From assembly GCA_965238175.1 (NCBI GenBank), contig CBDEGZ010000003.1, forward strand, positions 2,912,001-2,976,000: a DNA stretch of 64,000 bases. The letters are read 5' to 3'. The stretch comes from Gammaproteobacteria bacterium. GTDB lineage: Bacteria; Pseudomonadota; Gammaproteobacteria; CAJXQU01. The translations under genes were made by a program, and so were the position numbers. Below are positions 31,144-43,364 of this stretch, piece after piece. Under the pieces are notes generated by a model that had not been told where the DNA came from, did not search any database, and was given only the letters and a program-made list of their open reading frames with translations. Numbering within the stretch: position 1 is the first letter of the stretch; every line of letters begins with the position of its first letter.

Positions 31144-33153
31144 TCACATACCTTTTTTCAAGCCTTGTTCACGCATTCGTTCAATTTCGTCGCGCATGCG
31201 TGCAGCATCTTCAAATTCCAAATCACGTGCATGTCGATACATTTGCTCTTCCATCTGTTTGAGTCTTTTCACCAATACTTCTGGAGTCATCGCCATATAG
31301 TCCGCACTATCCTCGGCTACAGCCTTTACACTTCTTTGATCAGACACACTAGTGCGCGCGCCTTCCATAATGTCGGCAACTGCTTTTTTGATCCCTTTGG
31401 GAGTAATACCATGTTCTTGATTAAATTCAGCTTGAACAGTTCTACGCCGTTCAGTTTCATCCATTGCACGTCTCATAGAACCTGTAATGCTATCCGCGTA
31501 AAGAATGGCCTTCCCTTCCAAATGACGAGCAGCACGACCTATCGTCTGAATTAGAGAACGTTCTGATCTCAAGAATCCTTCTTTATCTGCATCCAATATG
31601 GCAACGAGAGAAACTTCGGGTATATCCAATCCTTCTCGTAATAAATTGATCCCAACTAACACATCAAATTTGCCTAAGCGTAAATCACGGATAATTTCTA
31701 CACGTTCAACCGTATCAATATCTGAATGTAGATAACGTACTTTGATCCCATGTTCTCCCATATAATCCGTCAAATCTTCAGACATACGTTTGGTTAAAGT
31801 TGTGACTAATACGCGTTCCTGTTTTTCTACGCGAAGGGTAATTTCAGATAACAGATCATCAACCTGCGAGGCAACCGGCCTTACTTCTACGGGTGGATCT
31901 AACAATCCGGTCGGCCTGACTATCTGTTCAACAACTTGCCCAGACTTTTCATCTTCATAAGCTCCTGGTGTAGCAGAAACAAAAATTGCCTGTGGCGCAA
32001 TACCTTCAAATTCATCAAACCGCATCGGACGATTATCAAGTGCAGAAGGTAACCTGAACCCATATTCGACTAAATTCATCTTTCGTGACCGATCACCTTT
32101 ATACATCGCACCTAACTGAGGAATAGAAACATGACTCTCATCAATAACTAAAAGTGCGTTCTCTGGCAGATAGTCAAATAATGTAGGTGGTGGCTCGCCA
32201 GGTTTTCTACCGGATAAATAGCGAGAATAATTTTCGATACCCTGGCAATAACCAATTTCAAGAATCATTTCGATATCAAACCGCGTACGTTGCTCTAGCC
32301 TTTGTCGTTCCACAAGCTTATTTAGGTCTTGCAGTTCCTGCAGACGCACATCTAACTCAACTCGTATCTTATCTACAGCAGCCAACATAACTTCTCGTGC
32401 GGTCACGTAATGCGTTTTTGGATAAACCGTCAGCCTTGGTACTTTGCGTAACACTTCACCAGTTAAAGGGTCAAAATAGGCAAGTGACTCAATTTCATCA
32501 TCGAACATTTCAATTCTAACCGCTTCACGATCCGATTCTGCTGGGAAGATATCGATCACTTCACCACGAACCCGATAGGTTGCACGGTGTAATTCAATAT
32601 CGTTACGGTTATATTGCAACTCGGCCAGACGGCGAATAATATCTCGCTGATCGGTCTTTTCGCCGCGAACTAAATGCATAACCATCTTGTGGTAAGAATC
32701 CGGATCACCCAAACCATAAATCGCAGAAACCGTTGCAACGATGATCGTATCTGATCGCTCTAATAATGCCTTTGTCGCCGATAGACGCATTTGTTCAATG
32801 TGCTCATTAATCGACGCATCTTTTTCTATATAGGTATCAGAAGCGGGAACATAAGCCTCGGGTTGGTAATAATCGTAATAGGAAACAAAATATTCCACCG
32901 AGTTCTCTGGGAAGAATTCTTTCATTTCGCCGTAGAGCTGGGCAGCCAAAGTTTTATTATGTGCAAGTACAATTGTCGGCCGCTGTTTCTGCTCAATAAC
33001 ATTTGCAATGGTATAGGTCTTGCCAGAACCAGTGACCCCTAACAGAGTTTGCTGGGCCAAGCCATTATCAAGCCCTTCAATGAGTTTTTTGATCGCATCA
33101 GGCTGATCACCGGCCGGAGAATATTCTGATCGTAACTTAAACTGCTGGTTCAT
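31144..33153 (-). CDS. uvrB: excinuclease ABC subunit B
   Basis: [26 protein letters not shown]. Confidence 0.98.
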   Translation of the reverse strand: MNQQFKLRSEYSPAGDQPDAIKKLIEGLDNGLAQQTLLGVTGSGKTYTIANVIEQKQRPTIVLAHNKTLAAQLYGEMKEFFPENSVEYFVSYYDYYQPEAYVPASDTYIEKDASINEHIEQMRLSATKALLERSDTIIVATVSAIYGLGDPDSYHKMVMHLVRGEKTDQRDIIRRLAELQYNRNDIELHRATYRVRGEVIDIFPAESDREAVRIEMFDDEIESLAYFDPLTGEVLRKVPRLTVYPKTHYVTAREVMLAAVDKIRVELDVRLQELQDLNKLVERQRLEQRTRFDIEMILEIGYCQGIENYSRYLSGRKPGEPPPTLFDYLPENALLVIDESHVSIPQLGAMYKGDRSRKMNLVEYGFRLPSALDNRPMRFDEFEGIAPQAIFVSATPGAYEDEKSGQVVEQIVRPTGLLDPPVEVRPVASQVDDLLSEITLRVEKQERVLVTTLTKRMSEDLTDYMGEHGIKVRYLHSDIDTVERVEIIRDLRLGKFDVLVGINLLREGLDIPEVSLVAILDADKEGFLRSERSLIQTIGRAARHLEGKAILYADSITGSMRRAMDETERRRTVQAEFNQEHGITPKGIKKAVADIMEGARTSVSDQRSVKAVAEDSADYMAMTPEVLVKRLKQMEEQMYRHARDLEFEDAARMRDEIERMREQGLKKGM

Positions 33154-33313
33154 AGGATTTTATAGTCATAATTTAGGGTCAAAAAGAGGGATATTGAGTA
33201 ACATTTGAATAACTGTCGCAAAATTCTAAACTTAGTTGGTGCTCTATAACAAAACTTCAAGTATATTACACGCGATTTCGTTTCTATAACTCAGTCTAAG
33301 GTATGTAAAAATC

Positions 33314-34492
33314 GTGAAAGTTTCGCATAGAGCACAAAGTATTAAACCTTCTCCCACTCTGGCCGTTTCTGCAAAAGCTGCAGAACTAAAAGCTGCTGGG
33401 AAAAATATTATCAGCCTCGCTGCCGGTGAACCTGATTTCGACACCCCTGATTTTGTAAAAGCCGCAGCGATCAAATCGATCGAAGACGGATATACAAAAT
33501 ATACCGCAGTGGATGGTACACCAAGTCTTAAAAAAGCGATTCAAAATAAATTTAAACAGGAAAATAATCTCGATTATGATCTCGATCAAATTCTTGTCTC
33601 TGTCGGTTGTAAACATAGTATCTATAATCTTATGCAAGCGGTACTTGATCCTACTGATGAAGTCATTATTCCTGCTCCCTACTGGGTTTCATACCCTGAC
33701 ATGGTTCAACTGACTGGCGCACAACCCGTTATTCTGAAAACGGGCATAAAAGATGATTTCAAGATCACTCCGAAACAGCTAAAAAGTGCCATCAATGAAA
33801 ATACGCGCATGCTGATCATGAATAGTCCTTCGAATCCGACAGGTAGCTATTACACCGAAGAAGAACTTCGTGCGTTGAGTGAAGTATTGATCGATCATCC
33901 AGAAGTTTTGATCGCTTCAGATGATATATACGAACATATCCTATGGGGAGCGGAAAAATTTTCAAATATCGTCAATGTTTGTCCTGAACTATACAATCAA
34001 ACTGTCGCTCTAAATGGTGTCTCTAAAGCTTATTCGATGACAGGTTGGCGGATCGGCTATGCTGCTGGTCCTGTCGATGTCATCAAAGCAATGAAAAAAA
34101 TCCAGTCGCAAAGTACATCTAATCCCTCTTCTGCAGCTCAGTTTGCAGCTGAGGCGGCCTTAACTGGCGATCAAGGCATTGTTAGTGAATGGTGTGATGT
34201 ATTCAAAACAAGACATGACTTTGTTTGCCAGGAAATGAATAAGATAGAAGGCGTTCGCTGCCGTCCTTCCGAAGGTACGTTCTACAGCTTTCCCGATTTA
34301 AATGGCGTGATCGAAAGGTTACCTTCCGTCAACAACGACATTGAATTAGCAGAGTATTTGTTAGAAGAAGCAGAGGTCGCAATTGTTCCAGGCTCGGCAT
34401 TTGGTGCTCCTGGCTGCATTCGGATCTCTTTTGCAACCAGTATGGAATTATTGGAAGAGTCACTAAGCCGGCTAGCAAAAGCGCTAGCTTAA
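33314..34492 (+). CDS. PLP-dependent class I aminotransferase (aspartate aminotransferase-like)
   Basis: GEPDF, NSPSNPTG, SKAYSMTGWRIG. Confidence 0.92.
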   Translation: MKVSHRAQSIKPSPTLAVSAKAAELKAAGKNIISLAAGEPDFDTPDFVKAAAIKSIEDGYTKYTAVDGTPSLKKAIQNKFKQENNLDYDLDQILVSVGCKHSIYNLMQAVLDPTDEVIIPAPYWVSYPDMVQLTGAQPVILKTGIKDDFKITPKQLKSAINENTRMLIMNSPSNPTGSYYTEEELRALSEVLIDHPEVLIASDDIYEHILWGAEKFSNIVNVCPELYNQTVALNGVSKAYSMTGWRIGYAAGPVDVIKAMKKIQSQSTSNPSSAAQFAAEAALTGDQGIVSEWCDVFKTRHDFVCQEMNKIEGVRCRPSEGTFYSFPDLNGVIERLPSVNNDIELAEYLLEEAEVAIVPGSAFGAPGCIRISFATSMELLEESLSRLAKALA

Positions 34493-34584
34493 GTCCAGGC
34501 TTAGTTAGCTTCTGGCTTAAGTTTTGTTCAAACAGGTCGATGCAAGTTAACAGAAGTAAGGAAAGAAGAAACTGTAAAACTGCA

Positions 34585-34618
34585 TTGACCTGATCGACTC
34601 TGATCAGTACCATACGCG
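34585..34618 (+). promoter_or_regulatory. sigma-70 promoter of tRNA-Asn
   Basis: TTGACC-N17-TACCAT followed by GC-rich discriminator ACGCG. Confidence 0.7.
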
Positions 34619-34630
34619 TTCGATTTTTGA

Positions 34631-34706
34631 TCCTCGGTAGCTCAGTTGGTAGAGCGGGTGACTGTTAATCACTAGGTCGGCGGTTCGAGCCCGTCCCGAG
34701 GAGCCA
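34631..34706 (+). tRNA. tRNA-Asn(GTT)
   Basis: TCCTCGGTAGCTCAG...CTGTTAA...GTTCGAGC...GAGCCA. Confidence 0.97.
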
Positions 34707-34859
34707 TAAATCGAGAAATGTCTGCTTCCCTTATATTCATATTCAAGCAACATAAGTTAGCAACAAAGGCTCTCTGCTTTATTCTACCATTCTAACTACT
34801 TTTATATTTAGAGAGTATGGGAAGCAGGCCTGGCAGGCCTTGATTAAGTATTGAATAAT

Positions 34860-35750
34860 TCACTTTTTGGATTTTGAAAAGCTAGATAAGTAATCTTTAA
34901 AACTATCTTTTAATTCAGGATGTTTAAGCGCAAATTCGACCGTCGCTTGCAAATAGCCTAGCTTTGATCCACAGTCATAGCGAATCCCATCAAACTCCCA
35001 AGCCTGAACTTCTTTTTTCTCAAGTAGTTTTGCAATACCATCCGTTAATTGGATTTCTCCACCAGCACCTTTTCCGGTTTTTTCCAGAACATCCATTATT
35101 GTTGGTGGCAAAATATATCGGCCAACGACAGCAAGATTAGAAGGTGCTTTCGCAGGATCTGGTTTTTCGACAATACTTTTGATCCGACTTAGCTTCTCTT
35201 CAATATTTTGCACCTCAACTATTCCATATTTATCAGTATCTTCTTGAGGAACCCTTTCTACAGCAATTACGCCATTATTATGCCGATCAAAAACTTCGAC
35301 CATTTGGCTGAGACAGCCTTTTTTTCCACCATCGATTAAATCATCTGCTAACAAAATAGCGAATGGTTCGTTACCGATAACGGGCTTTGCACATAGAATT
35401 GCATGCCCTAAGCCTAGCGGTTCCGCTTGTCGAATGTAGACACAAGAAATCTTAGGAGGCAATACGTTCTGGACAACTTCCAACATCCTTTGTTTGTTCT
35501 TTTTTTCAAGTTCGGCTTCGAGTTCATATGCCTTATCAAAATGATCAATAATCGAGTTTTTACTTCTTCCAATTACAAAGATTAGTTCCGTAATACCCGC
35601 AGCTTCAGCCTCTTCTGCCGCATATTGGATCAAGGGTTTATCAACCACTGGTAGCATTTCTTTAGGATTCGCCTTGGTCGCAGGTAAAAATCGCGTACCT
35701 AAGCCCGCAACAGGGAAGATTGCTTTTTTAACAGCAACTGTCATTGTCAA
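34860..35750 (-). CDS. galU: UTP-glucose-1-phosphate uridylyltransferase
   Basis: [26 protein letters not shown]. Confidence 0.96.
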   Translation of the reverse strand: MTMTVAVKKAIFPVAGLGTRFLPATKANPKEMLPVVDKPLIQYAAEEAEAAGITELIFVIGRSKNSIIDHFDKAYELEAELEKKNKQRMLEVVQNVLPPKISCVYIRQAEPLGLGHAILCAKPVIGNEPFAILLADDLIDGGKKGCLSQMVEVFDRHNNGVIAVERVPQEDTDKYGIVEVQNIEEKLSRIKSIVEKPDPAKAPSNLAVVGRYILPPTIMDVLEKTGKGAGGEIQLTDGIAKLLEKKEVQAWEFDGIRYDCGSKLGYLQATVEFALKHPELKDSFKDYLSSFSKSKK

Positions 35751-35756
35751 ATTTCC

Positions 35757-37673
35757 TTAATTTTTTTCGAATGCGATAATATTTGAATAAGTTTCTGTGC
35801 TAGGTGGTAGAAGCTCTAACTGTTCTTCTTTTTTAACAGATTCATATACCAATTCTGGGACTAATTGCTGTACTACCTTCAATGCTTTTTCCTCATCATA
35901 AACACCACAGGCCGTCTCTATCTGTTCGATCATTTTTTCAAATTGTTGCCAGTCTTCAAATCGTTGTTTAGCAAGCAGAACCTTTTTATGACCTGTTCCG
36001 ACCAAATCTTCATCATGGTGGAATAACTCTTCACTCAGTTTTTCACCTTTTCTTAATCCAGTAAATTTAATTTCGATGTCTTTATCCAACTTTTTTCGTG
36101 AAAGTTTAATCATTTGCTCAGCAAGATAAAGGATGCTAATAGGTTCACCCATGTCGAGAACAAAAATCTCTCCACCTTCTCCCATCGATCCGGATTGGAG
36201 AATAAGTTGGCAGGCTTCTGGGATAGTCATGAAAAATCGTGTCATCTCTTTATGCGTCACCGTCACGGGCCCACCAGCAGTAATTTGTTGTTGGAATAAA
36301 GGAACAACACTACCTGCAGATCCAAGAACATTTCCAAACCTGACCGTAATATATCGTGTTTTCGAAGCGGAGTTTTTTGCTTCACACATCATCTCAGCAA
36401 TGCGCTTACTCGCACCCATAATACTGGTGGGATTGACTGCTTTATCTGTTGAGATCAAAACAAATTTTTCACATTCATATTTATCGGCTGCAGAGGCAAC
36501 CACTCTTGTTCCAATTACGTTATTACGTAAAGCTTCTCTCACTTGCCCTTGTAACATGGGAACATGTTTATAAGCTGCAGTATGGAAAACAACCTCTGGG
36601 TGGAAAGATTTAAACGCAGCATCTACAGCGACCATGTCGTGCACATCACCAAGCCTGGATTCAAGCAACAATTCAGGAAATTCCAGCTTCAAAGTTCTAT
36701 CAATGTCGTAAAGATTAAATTCTCCTTGTTCAAATATCATTATTGTTGCTGGATTAAGTTTAGCAATTTGACGACACAACTCTGATCCGATCGAGCCTCC
36801 ACCACCAGTAACAAGCACCCTTTTATTGGCGATCCCCTTGCGAATGATCGACCAGTCCAATTCAATTTTATCTCTACCAAGAAGATCATCTATAGAAACT
36901 TCTCTAACGTCTCCCAATCCTGGTTCGTCAAAATTTCCAGCAGCATCTGCTGTAATCATTGGCAGCATTTGGAAAGGTCTTTCTGTTTGTTCACAAAGAG
37001 TGATTATTTTTTTTATTTGCGCTTTTGTTGCTGAAGGAACCGCTATTAACAATGAGTCTATAGCAGATTCTTCAACTATCTTTTCCAATGATGCTAAACC
37101 GCCCAAAACTGGCACTCCTTGAATCCTTCGCTTATGCAGACGAGGATTATCATCAACAAAACCGATTGCTATGTAGCGACTATCACGCAGTAAGTCACGA
37201 ACCATTGTCTCTCCAGCTCTTCCCGCACCGATTACGAGTACTCTTTCTGTCCCAGAAATACTCTTCAGAGATATGGTTTGGTCTTTCCAAAAACGATATC
37301 CAAGACGTGGCCCACTTAGAAGAAAAAGTAAACAAACTGGATAAAAAATAAGAATAGATCGAGGGAAGTTATCCAGTCGAACAGTAACAAATGAGATCAG
37401 GACAATCGCGATAACACCCAACACTGCCGCCCGAACAATATTCCACAGATCTGGCAAACTGGCAAAACGCCAAAGTCCCTTGTAGAGGCCGAGTTGCCAA
37501 TTAATAAAACATTGGATGATGATAACGAAAGGTAACGCTTGAAGATCTGCTTCCCAAAAAGCGGCAGGAGGCATTGAAAAGTCAAAGCAGGCAAACCACG
37601 CTATTTCCCACGCCAATATGACCATACACAAGTCGTGAATCATTACTGCTGTTGTCTGTGTACCGAACCGCAT
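35757..37673 (-). CDS. nucleoside-diphosphate sugar 4,6-dehydratase (WbpM/PglF/CapD family)
   Basis: N-terminal TMs; GGGGSIGSE; AAYKHVP; STDKAV; RFGNVLGS. Confidence 0.92.
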   Translation of the reverse strand: MRFGTQTTAVMIHDLCMVILAWEIAWFACFDFSMPPAAFWEADLQALPFVIIIQCFINWQLGLYKGLWRFASLPDLWNIVRAAVLGVIAIVLISFVTVRLDNFPRSILIFYPVCLLFLLSGPRLGYRFWKDQTISLKSISGTERVLVIGAGRAGETMVRDLLRDSRYIAIGFVDDNPRLHKRRIQGVPVLGGLASLEKIVEESAIDSLLIAVPSATKAQIKKIITLCEQTERPFQMLPMITADAAGNFDEPGLGDVREVSIDDLLGRDKIELDWSIIRKGIANKRVLVTGGGGSIGSELCRQIAKLNPATIMIFEQGEFNLYDIDRTLKLEFPELLLESRLGDVHDMVAVDAAFKSFHPEVVFHTAAYKHVPMLQGQVREALRNNVIGTRVVASAADKYECEKFVLISTDKAVNPTSIMGASKRIAEMMCEAKNSASKTRYITVRFGNVLGSAGSVVPLFQQQITAGGPVTVTHKEMTRFFMTIPEACQLILQSGSMGEGGEIFVLDMGEPISILYLAEQMIKLSRKKLDKDIEIKFTGLRKGEKLSEELFHHDEDLVGTGHKKVLLAKQRFEDWQQFEKMIEQIETACGVYDEEKALKVVQQLVPELVYESVKKEEQLELLPPSTETYSNIIAFEKN

Positions 37674-37682
37674 TAATCTCCC

Positions 37683-38690
37683 CTAATTATCACAACTCTT
37701 GACGCGCATTGTATTCCATAAACCAATACTGATGGCGGATACAGTAATCGCTATGACAGTCATTAACAATTGGTGATTCATTGCAAACCAGGCCATAGGC
37801 CATAGAAACGTGATGCTGATCACACACAAATACAATACCAACTTCTGATGACTGAATCCACTTTGCACTATTTTTTGATACGCATGACTACGATGCGCGC
37901 TATACCACTTTTCGCCAGCCAAAATACGCTGTACTAATGTCAGGGTTGTATCCCACAAAAAAAAGGTAAGTAAAACTATCCAGATCAAAATCGGAGCAGC
38001 TTCGGAATTTTCACCTATTATGGCGACTGAAGCGAAAAAATAGCCAAGGAAACTGCTCCCAACATCGCCCATAAAAATTTTTGCCGGCGCCCAGTTCCAG
38101 AACAAAAATCCCATTGTTGCAGCAACCATCGCGAGCATGACAAAAACCAGCCCTGTATTACCGGCACTCAAAAAAAGGAAGACTGTGAAAAGGCCAACAG
38201 TGATTGCCTGTACTGCTGCCAAGCCATCGATACCATCCATAAAATTGTACAAGTTGGTTAACCAAACTATGCTTAAAATAGCAACGAATACACCTAAACT
38301 TCCCAATTCCAGTTTATAAAAACCAAGCTCGAGGCTATTAAATCCACCCAGCCAAAAAACTGTCCAGGTAGCGGCAAGAAAATGCACAACAATCCTTATC
38401 GGTGCAGAAACATCTTTATGATCATCAATCCAACCTATAAGCGCCACCAATCCGCCACCGCCGACTAAAGCAAAAACATGATTTTGATCAAGGTATCCTG
38501 TAATACCGGTGATTAGGACAACACTTAAAACAATAATGACGATGACCAGACCTCCTCCTCGTGGAATAGGAGAATCGTGTAAACTACGTTGGTTTGGGAT
38601 ATCCATCAGCGAATGGCGGATCGCATATCGGTGGAAATAATAGGTGGAAATTACTGCAATTATTAGTACTGTTATGAAAAAACAGATCAT
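37683..38690 (-). CDS. MraY/WecA-family undecaprenyl-phosphate glycosyltransferase (WbpL-like)
   Basis: PRGGG, NFMDGIDG, IFMGDVGS, AHRSHAYQ. Confidence 0.92.
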   Translation of the reverse strand: MICFFITVLIIAVISTYYFHRYAIRHSLMDIPNQRSLHDSPIPRGGGLVIVIIVLSVVLITGITGYLDQNHVFALVGGGGLVALIGWIDDHKDVSAPIRIVVHFLAATWTVFWLGGFNSLELGFYKLELGSLGVFVAILSIVWLTNLYNFMDGIDGLAAVQAITVGLFTVFLFLSAGNTGLVFVMLAMVAATMGFLFWNWAPAKIFMGDVGSSFLGYFFASVAIIGENSEAAPILIWIVLLTFFLWDTTLTLVQRILAGEKWYSAHRSHAYQKIVQSGFSHQKLVLYLCVISITFLWPMAWFAMNHQLLMTVIAITVSAISIGLWNTMRVKSCDN

Positions 38691-38850
38691 TTAATGGTAT
38701 CGCCTGAAAAATGTTCCATTATAGGAATTAAGCATTTGAGAAAAAACTGTGTACTTGTTATGGTTGCAGCCAAACTAAAACCCTCTAAATTCTTTGAATA
38801 ATAATCAAAAGCACCATCATAATCTTTGTAATGCTTCTGGTCACTAATCT

Positions 38851-39915
38851 ATGATCTTAATTACTGGCGGGGCTGGCTTTATCGGCTCAAACTTTGTACT
38901 GGATTGGCTCGGCGAACGAGATGAATCTGTCCTCAACCTGGATATGCTCACGTACGCAGGAAACCTGCAAAACTTATCAAGTCTTGAGAGTAATGATAAT
39001 TACACCTTTGTACAGGGTGATATCGGTGACCGAGACTTAATTCGTTCGTTGTTACTTGAGCATAAACCGCGAGCAATTCTTAACTTCGCAGCGGAGAGCC
39101 ATGTGGATCGATCAATTCATGGTCCTGAAACTTTTATTCTTACCAATGTGAATGGCACATTCCATTTAATTGATGAAGTGAAAAATTATTGGTCAGAATT
39201 ACCCTCAAATGAGAAAACATCTTTTCGTTTTTTACATGTTTCTACAGATGAAGTATACGGTTCATTGGAAAAAGATGACCCAGCTTTTGCAGAAACAAAT
39301 GCTTATGCACCCAATAGTCCATATTCTGCTTCAAAGGCCGCTTCTGATCATTTGGTTCGCGCTTATCATCACACCTATGGATTACCTGTTGTTACAACCA
39401 ATTGCTCCAACAATTACGGACCATTACAATTTCCTGAAAAATTGATCCCCTTGATTATTTTGAATGCGCTTAATCGAAAACCATTGCCTATTTATGGTGA
39501 TGGGCAAAACATTCGTGATTGGTTATATGTTGGTGATCACTGTTCGGCCATACGTTCCGTTTTAGATAAAGGTGGAGTCGGTGAGGTTTATAACATCGGC
39601 GGGAATAGCGAAAAAAACAATCTAGATGTAGTGCATACAGTGTGCTCGATTCTCGATAAATTGAGACCTATAGAACATCCTTATTCTGATTTAATCACCT
39701 ATGTCACCGACCGTCCTGGACATGATCGCCGATACGCCATTAATGCAACTAAAATTGAGGCCGAACTAGGCTGGCAACCTTCAGAAATATTTGAATCGGG
39801 GATTAAAAAAACCGTCGACTGGTATCTGACCAATAATAATTGGGTTGAGAATGTCACCAGTGGTGCCTATAAAAACTGGCTCAATAAAAATTATTCTACG
39901 AGAGAAAATTCATGA
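38851..39915 (+). CDS. rfbB: dTDP-glucose 4,6-dehydratase
   Basis: [35 protein letters not shown]. Confidence 0.96.
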   Translation: MILITGGAGFIGSNFVLDWLGERDESVLNLDMLTYAGNLQNLSSLESNDNYTFVQGDIGDRDLIRSLLLEHKPRAILNFAAESHVDRSIHGPETFILTNVNGTFHLIDEVKNYWSELPSNEKTSFRFLHVSTDEVYGSLEKDDPAFAETNAYAPNSPYSASKAASDHLVRAYHHTYGLPVVTTNCSNNYGPLQFPEKLIPLIILNALNRKPLPIYGDGQNIRDWLYVGDHCSAIRSVLDKGGVGEVYNIGGNSEKNNLDVVHTVCSILDKLRPIEHPYSDLITYVTDRPGHDRRYAINATKIEAELGWQPSEIFESGIKKTVDWYLTNNNWVENVTSGAYKNWLNKNYSTRENS

Positions 39916-40790
39916 AAGGCATCATTTTAGCCGGGGGATCTGGAACCCGTCTTTACCCAATAACACAATCAATCTCGAAACAATTATTGCCTATTTATGA
40001 TAAACCGATGATCTACTATTCGCTAAGCACTTTGATGCTAGCCGGTATACAAGATATTCTGATCATTTCAACCCCTCGCGACACACCGAGTTTTGAAGCA
40101 CTTCTTGGAGATGGATCAAAACTTGGGATCAACCTGTCCTATGCAGTGCAACCCTCACCCGATGGGCTCGCCCAAGCTTTTATTATCGGCGAAGAATTTA
40201 TCGGCAATGATAATTGTGCGTTAATTCTTGGTGACAATATTTTTTATGGCCATGACTTTCAATCCGATCTAAAACAAGCTACTGAGCGCCAGAAAGGCGC
40301 GACAGTTTTCGCCTATCCTGTCCATGATCCAGAACGATATGGGGTCGTCGAATTTGATCAAAATGGTATTGCCATCAGCCTCGAAGAAAAACCTGAAAAA
40401 CCCAAATCTCGTTATGCCGTCACAGGTCTTTATTTCTATGATAATCAAGTTGTCGACATTGCAAAGAACATCACACCTTCTGATCGAGGTGAACTTGAAA
40501 TTACCGATGTCAACAAAGTTTATCTTGAAAGAAATCAGTTAGAGGTTTCAGTTCTAGGTCGTGGTCATGCCTGGCTAGACACAGGCACTCATGAAACACT
40601 ATTAGAGGCATCTACCTTTATCGAAACAGTGGAAAAAAGACAAGGGTTAAAAATAGCTTGTCCGGAAGAAATTGCCTGGCGCTTAGGCTATATCACGACT
40701 ACTCAATTAAAAGCATTGGCTACGCCCTTATCTAAAAACAATTATGGTCAATACCTTTTAAATATTCTCAAAGATAACTTATCAATATGA
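39912..40790 (+). CDS. rfbA: glucose-1-phosphate thymidylyltransferase
   Basis: [23 protein letters not shown]. Confidence 0.96.
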   Translation: MKGIILAGGSGTRLYPITQSISKQLLPIYDKPMIYYSLSTLMLAGIQDILIISTPRDTPSFEALLGDGSKLGINLSYAVQPSPDGLAQAFIIGEEFIGNDNCALILGDNIFYGHDFQSDLKQATERQKGATVFAYPVHDPERYGVVEFDQNGIAISLEEKPEKPKSRYAVTGLYFYDNQVVDIAKNITPSDRGELEITDVNKVYLERNQLEVSVLGRGHAWLDTGTHETLLEASTFIETVEKRQGLKIACPEEIAWRLGYITTTQLKALATPLSKNNYGQYLLNILKDNLSI

Positions 40791-41332
40791 ACTTTATCAG
40801 AACTACAATTCCTGATGTGATCATCATAGAGCCTAAAGTGTTCGGTGATGAGCGTGGCTTCTTTTTTGAAAGTTACAATGAACAAAAGTTTCAGGAATTT
40901 ATCAAACAAGAAATTACATTTGTGCAGGATAATCACTCGCGTTCGACTAAACATGTTTTACGTGGTCTTCACTATCAAATTCAACAACCTCAGGGCAAGC
41001 TGGTACGAGTAGTCTCTGGTGAAGTTTATGACGTAGCCGTAGATCTCAGAAAGAACTCTGCCACCTTTGGTAAAACGATAGGAAAAGTACTTTCTGAACA
41101 AAACCAATGCATGTTATGGGTTCCACCCGGCTTTGCGCATGGTTTTGTTGTCATCTCAGAAACAACTGAATTTCTATATAAAACAACAGACTACTATGCA
41201 CCTGAGTATGAACGTACTCTGGCATGGAATGATCCTTGTTTGAATATAGAATGGCCAATCTCTACAGAACCTACCCTCTCCGAAAAAGATCGGGCTGGCA
41301 CCCTCTTGAGCGAATGCGAGGTCTATGAATGA
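40787..41332 (+). CDS. rfbC: dTDP-4-dehydrorhamnose 3,5-epimerase
   Basis: DERGFF, QDNHS, LRGLHYQ, GFAHGF. Confidence 0.96.
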   Translation: MNFIRTTIPDVIIIEPKVFGDERGFFFESYNEQKFQEFIKQEITFVQDNHSRSTKHVLRGLHYQIQQPQGKLVRVVSGEVYDVAVDLRKNSATFGKTIGKVLSEQNQCMLWVPPGFAHGFVVISETTEFLYKTTDYYAPEYERTLAWNDPCLNIEWPISTEPTLSEKDRAGTLLSECEVYE

Positions 41333-42222
41333 CAACCATTTTGCTAACAGGGAAAGATGGTCAGCTTGGATGGGAGATAGAACGGACATTTAATGATCTT
41401 GGCAAAATAGTTGCTTTTGATCGGAACACTCTTGACTTGAGTGATCAAGATAAATTAAGAAAAACTATCCAGGAAGTGAAACCGGATCTCATTATCAATG
41501 CAGCTGCGTATACTGCTGTTGATCAAGCAGAAAAAGAACCTGAGTCAGCAATGGCTGTAAATGCCATCGCACCAGGAATAATGGCTGAAGAAGCGAAAAA
41601 TATTGGTGCAACATTAATTCATTATTCTACTGATTATGTTTTTGACGGATCAAAAAAGACACCCTATCTTGAGGAAGATCCGACCAATCCTATTAACGTT
41701 TATGGCAAAAGTAAGCTATTAGGTGAACAGGCAATACAAGAACAAAAAATACCCTATTTAATTTTCAGGACAAGTTGGGTGTATTCTCATCGTGGAAATA
41801 ATTTTTTATTATCCATGTTAAGACTCATGCAAGAAAGAGAATCACTTAATATTGTCAGCGATCAATTTGGTGCGCCAACATGGAGCCGGACCATTGCCGA
41901 GATCAGTAAACAAGTTTTGTCTAAATATTCTCATAATTTTAATGAATTAAATACGATCAGTGGGGTTTATAACCTTACCAGTTCAGGTGTCACTTCCTGG
42001 TATAATTTTGCAGAAATGATAAAAGAACTTGCTAAAGAAAACTTTCATCTTTCTGAGAAATTGAAGTTAGCTGGAATTCCTACCGAGCAATATCCAACCC
42101 CTGCTAAGCGACCTAAATATTCGCAACTTTCACTAGAAAAAATTTCCAACACGTTTGATATTAAATGCCCCGAATGGGGGAAATCCTTATCTCTTTGTAT
42201 GGAAAATATTCTTTCAAACTAA
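41329..42222 (+). CDS. rfbD: dTDP-4-dehydrorhamnose reductase
   Basis: GKDGQLG, AAYTAVD, STDYVFDG, YGKSK. Confidence 0.96.
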   Translation: MTTILLTGKDGQLGWEIERTFNDLGKIVAFDRNTLDLSDQDKLRKTIQEVKPDLIINAAAYTAVDQAEKEPESAMAVNAIAPGIMAEEAKNIGATLIHYSTDYVFDGSKKTPYLEEDPTNPINVYGKSKLLGEQAIQEQKIPYLIFRTSWVYSHRGNNFLLSMLRLMQERESLNIVSDQFGAPTWSRTIAEISKQVLSKYSHNFNELNTISGVYNLTSSGVTSWYNFAEMIKELAKENFHLSEKLKLAGIPTEQYPTPAKRPKYSQLSLEKISNTFDIKCPEWGKSLSLCMENILSN

Positions 42223-42230
42223 AGAATAAA

Positions 42231-43361
42231 ATGAGTGATTTCGTTCCTTTTAATGACCCCTCACGATTATACGAAACGCATAAGGCTGAACTACAAGCAT
42301 CTCTGATAAAAACTGCAGAAAGTGGCCATTGGCTGCTTGGAAAAGAAACAGAAAAATTTGCCAGATCTTTCGCCGAATATTGTGGCGTCGAGTATTGTTT
42401 ACCGGTTGCAAATGGAACGGATGCGCTTGAAATTGCCTTACGGTCTGTTATTAACAACCCTAGCCCAGTTGATGAAATTATCACCGTCGCAAATGCAGGG
42501 GGCTATTCAACAGCAACATGCAGGACCATCGGCGTGACACCCGTCTATGCTGATATTGATAAACAGAATCACCTTATCAATACTGACTCTTTACTCAGGT
42601 GCTTAAGTCCATCAGTAAAAGCAATCGTAATTACACATTTATATGGCGCAGCTGTAAATGTACTTGAGATTCGAGAAAAATTAGCTGAGATCAATTATCA
42701 ACACATACCAATTATAGAAGATTGTGCCCAAGCTCACGGCGCAAAAGTTAGTAGAGATCGCGTTGGTGGTTTAGGTGATATAGCAACATTTAGTTTTTAT
42801 CCAACCAAAAACCTTGGCGCACTTGGTGATGGTGGGGCAATTACGACCTCTGATCCTGAAATATATAAAAAAGCTCAGCAGCTACATCAATACGGATGGA
42901 ATAATAAATATAATGTCAATATTCCCTATGGCAGAAACTCAAGAATGGATGAGGTTCAAGCAGGGATCTTGAATTGTCTATTACCTCATTTAGATCGTTT
43001 CAATAAGAAAAGAGTACAAATAATTAATCATTACAAAGAAACACAAGGGGAAAACCTGTCTTTTTTAGATTATTCTGATCGAGATTATGTTGGTCATTTA
43101 GCGATAGTTACAGTCAAACATCGCGATGAGTTTATAAAGTTTATGCGCTCAAAAAACATCTCTATTGATGTTCATTATCCGATACCTGATTGTGACCAAA
43201 TAGCATGGCAAGGCTTGCCGCAACGCTGTGATGTAATCTCTAACCTCAGAATTACTCACGAAGTGAAAAATAATATAGTCTCCATCCCCTGCTTTCCTTT
43301 TCTTAAGGAAAAAGAAATAGACCACGTATACAATGCACTTTCAGAATGGCAATCGAACTAG
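42231..43361 (+). CDS. DegT/DnrJ/EryC1/StrS sugar aminotransferase (FdtB-like)
   Basis: ANGTDAL, EDCAQAHG, SFYPTKNLGALGDGG; start moved to ATG 42231. Confidence 0.9.
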   Translation: MSDFVPFNDPSRLYETHKAELQASLIKTAESGHWLLGKETEKFARSFAEYCGVEYCLPVANGTDALEIALRSVINNPSPVDEIITVANAGGYSTATCRTIGVTPVYADIDKQNHLINTDSLLRCLSPSVKAIVITHLYGAAVNVLEIREKLAEINYQHIPIIEDCAQAHGAKVSRDRVGGLGDIATFSFYPTKNLGALGDGGAITTSDPEIYKKAQQLHQYGWNNKYNVNIPYGRNSRMDEVQAGILNCLLPHLDRFNKKRVQIINHYKETQGENLSFLDYSDRDYVGHLAIVTVKHRDEFIKFMRSKNISIDVHYPIPDCDQIAWQGLPQRCDVISNLRITHEVKNNIVSIPCFPFLKEKEIDHVYNALSEWQSN

Positions 43362-43364
43362 ACA

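Noticed and set aside
33154-33313. LexA box upstream of uvrB
   Set aside because: No CTGT-N8-ACAG match found by eye
34707-34859. Integrative element at tRNA-Asn (or at tRNA-Pro / tRNA-Val)
   Set aside because: No integrase and no duplicated tRNA 3' end seen in the window
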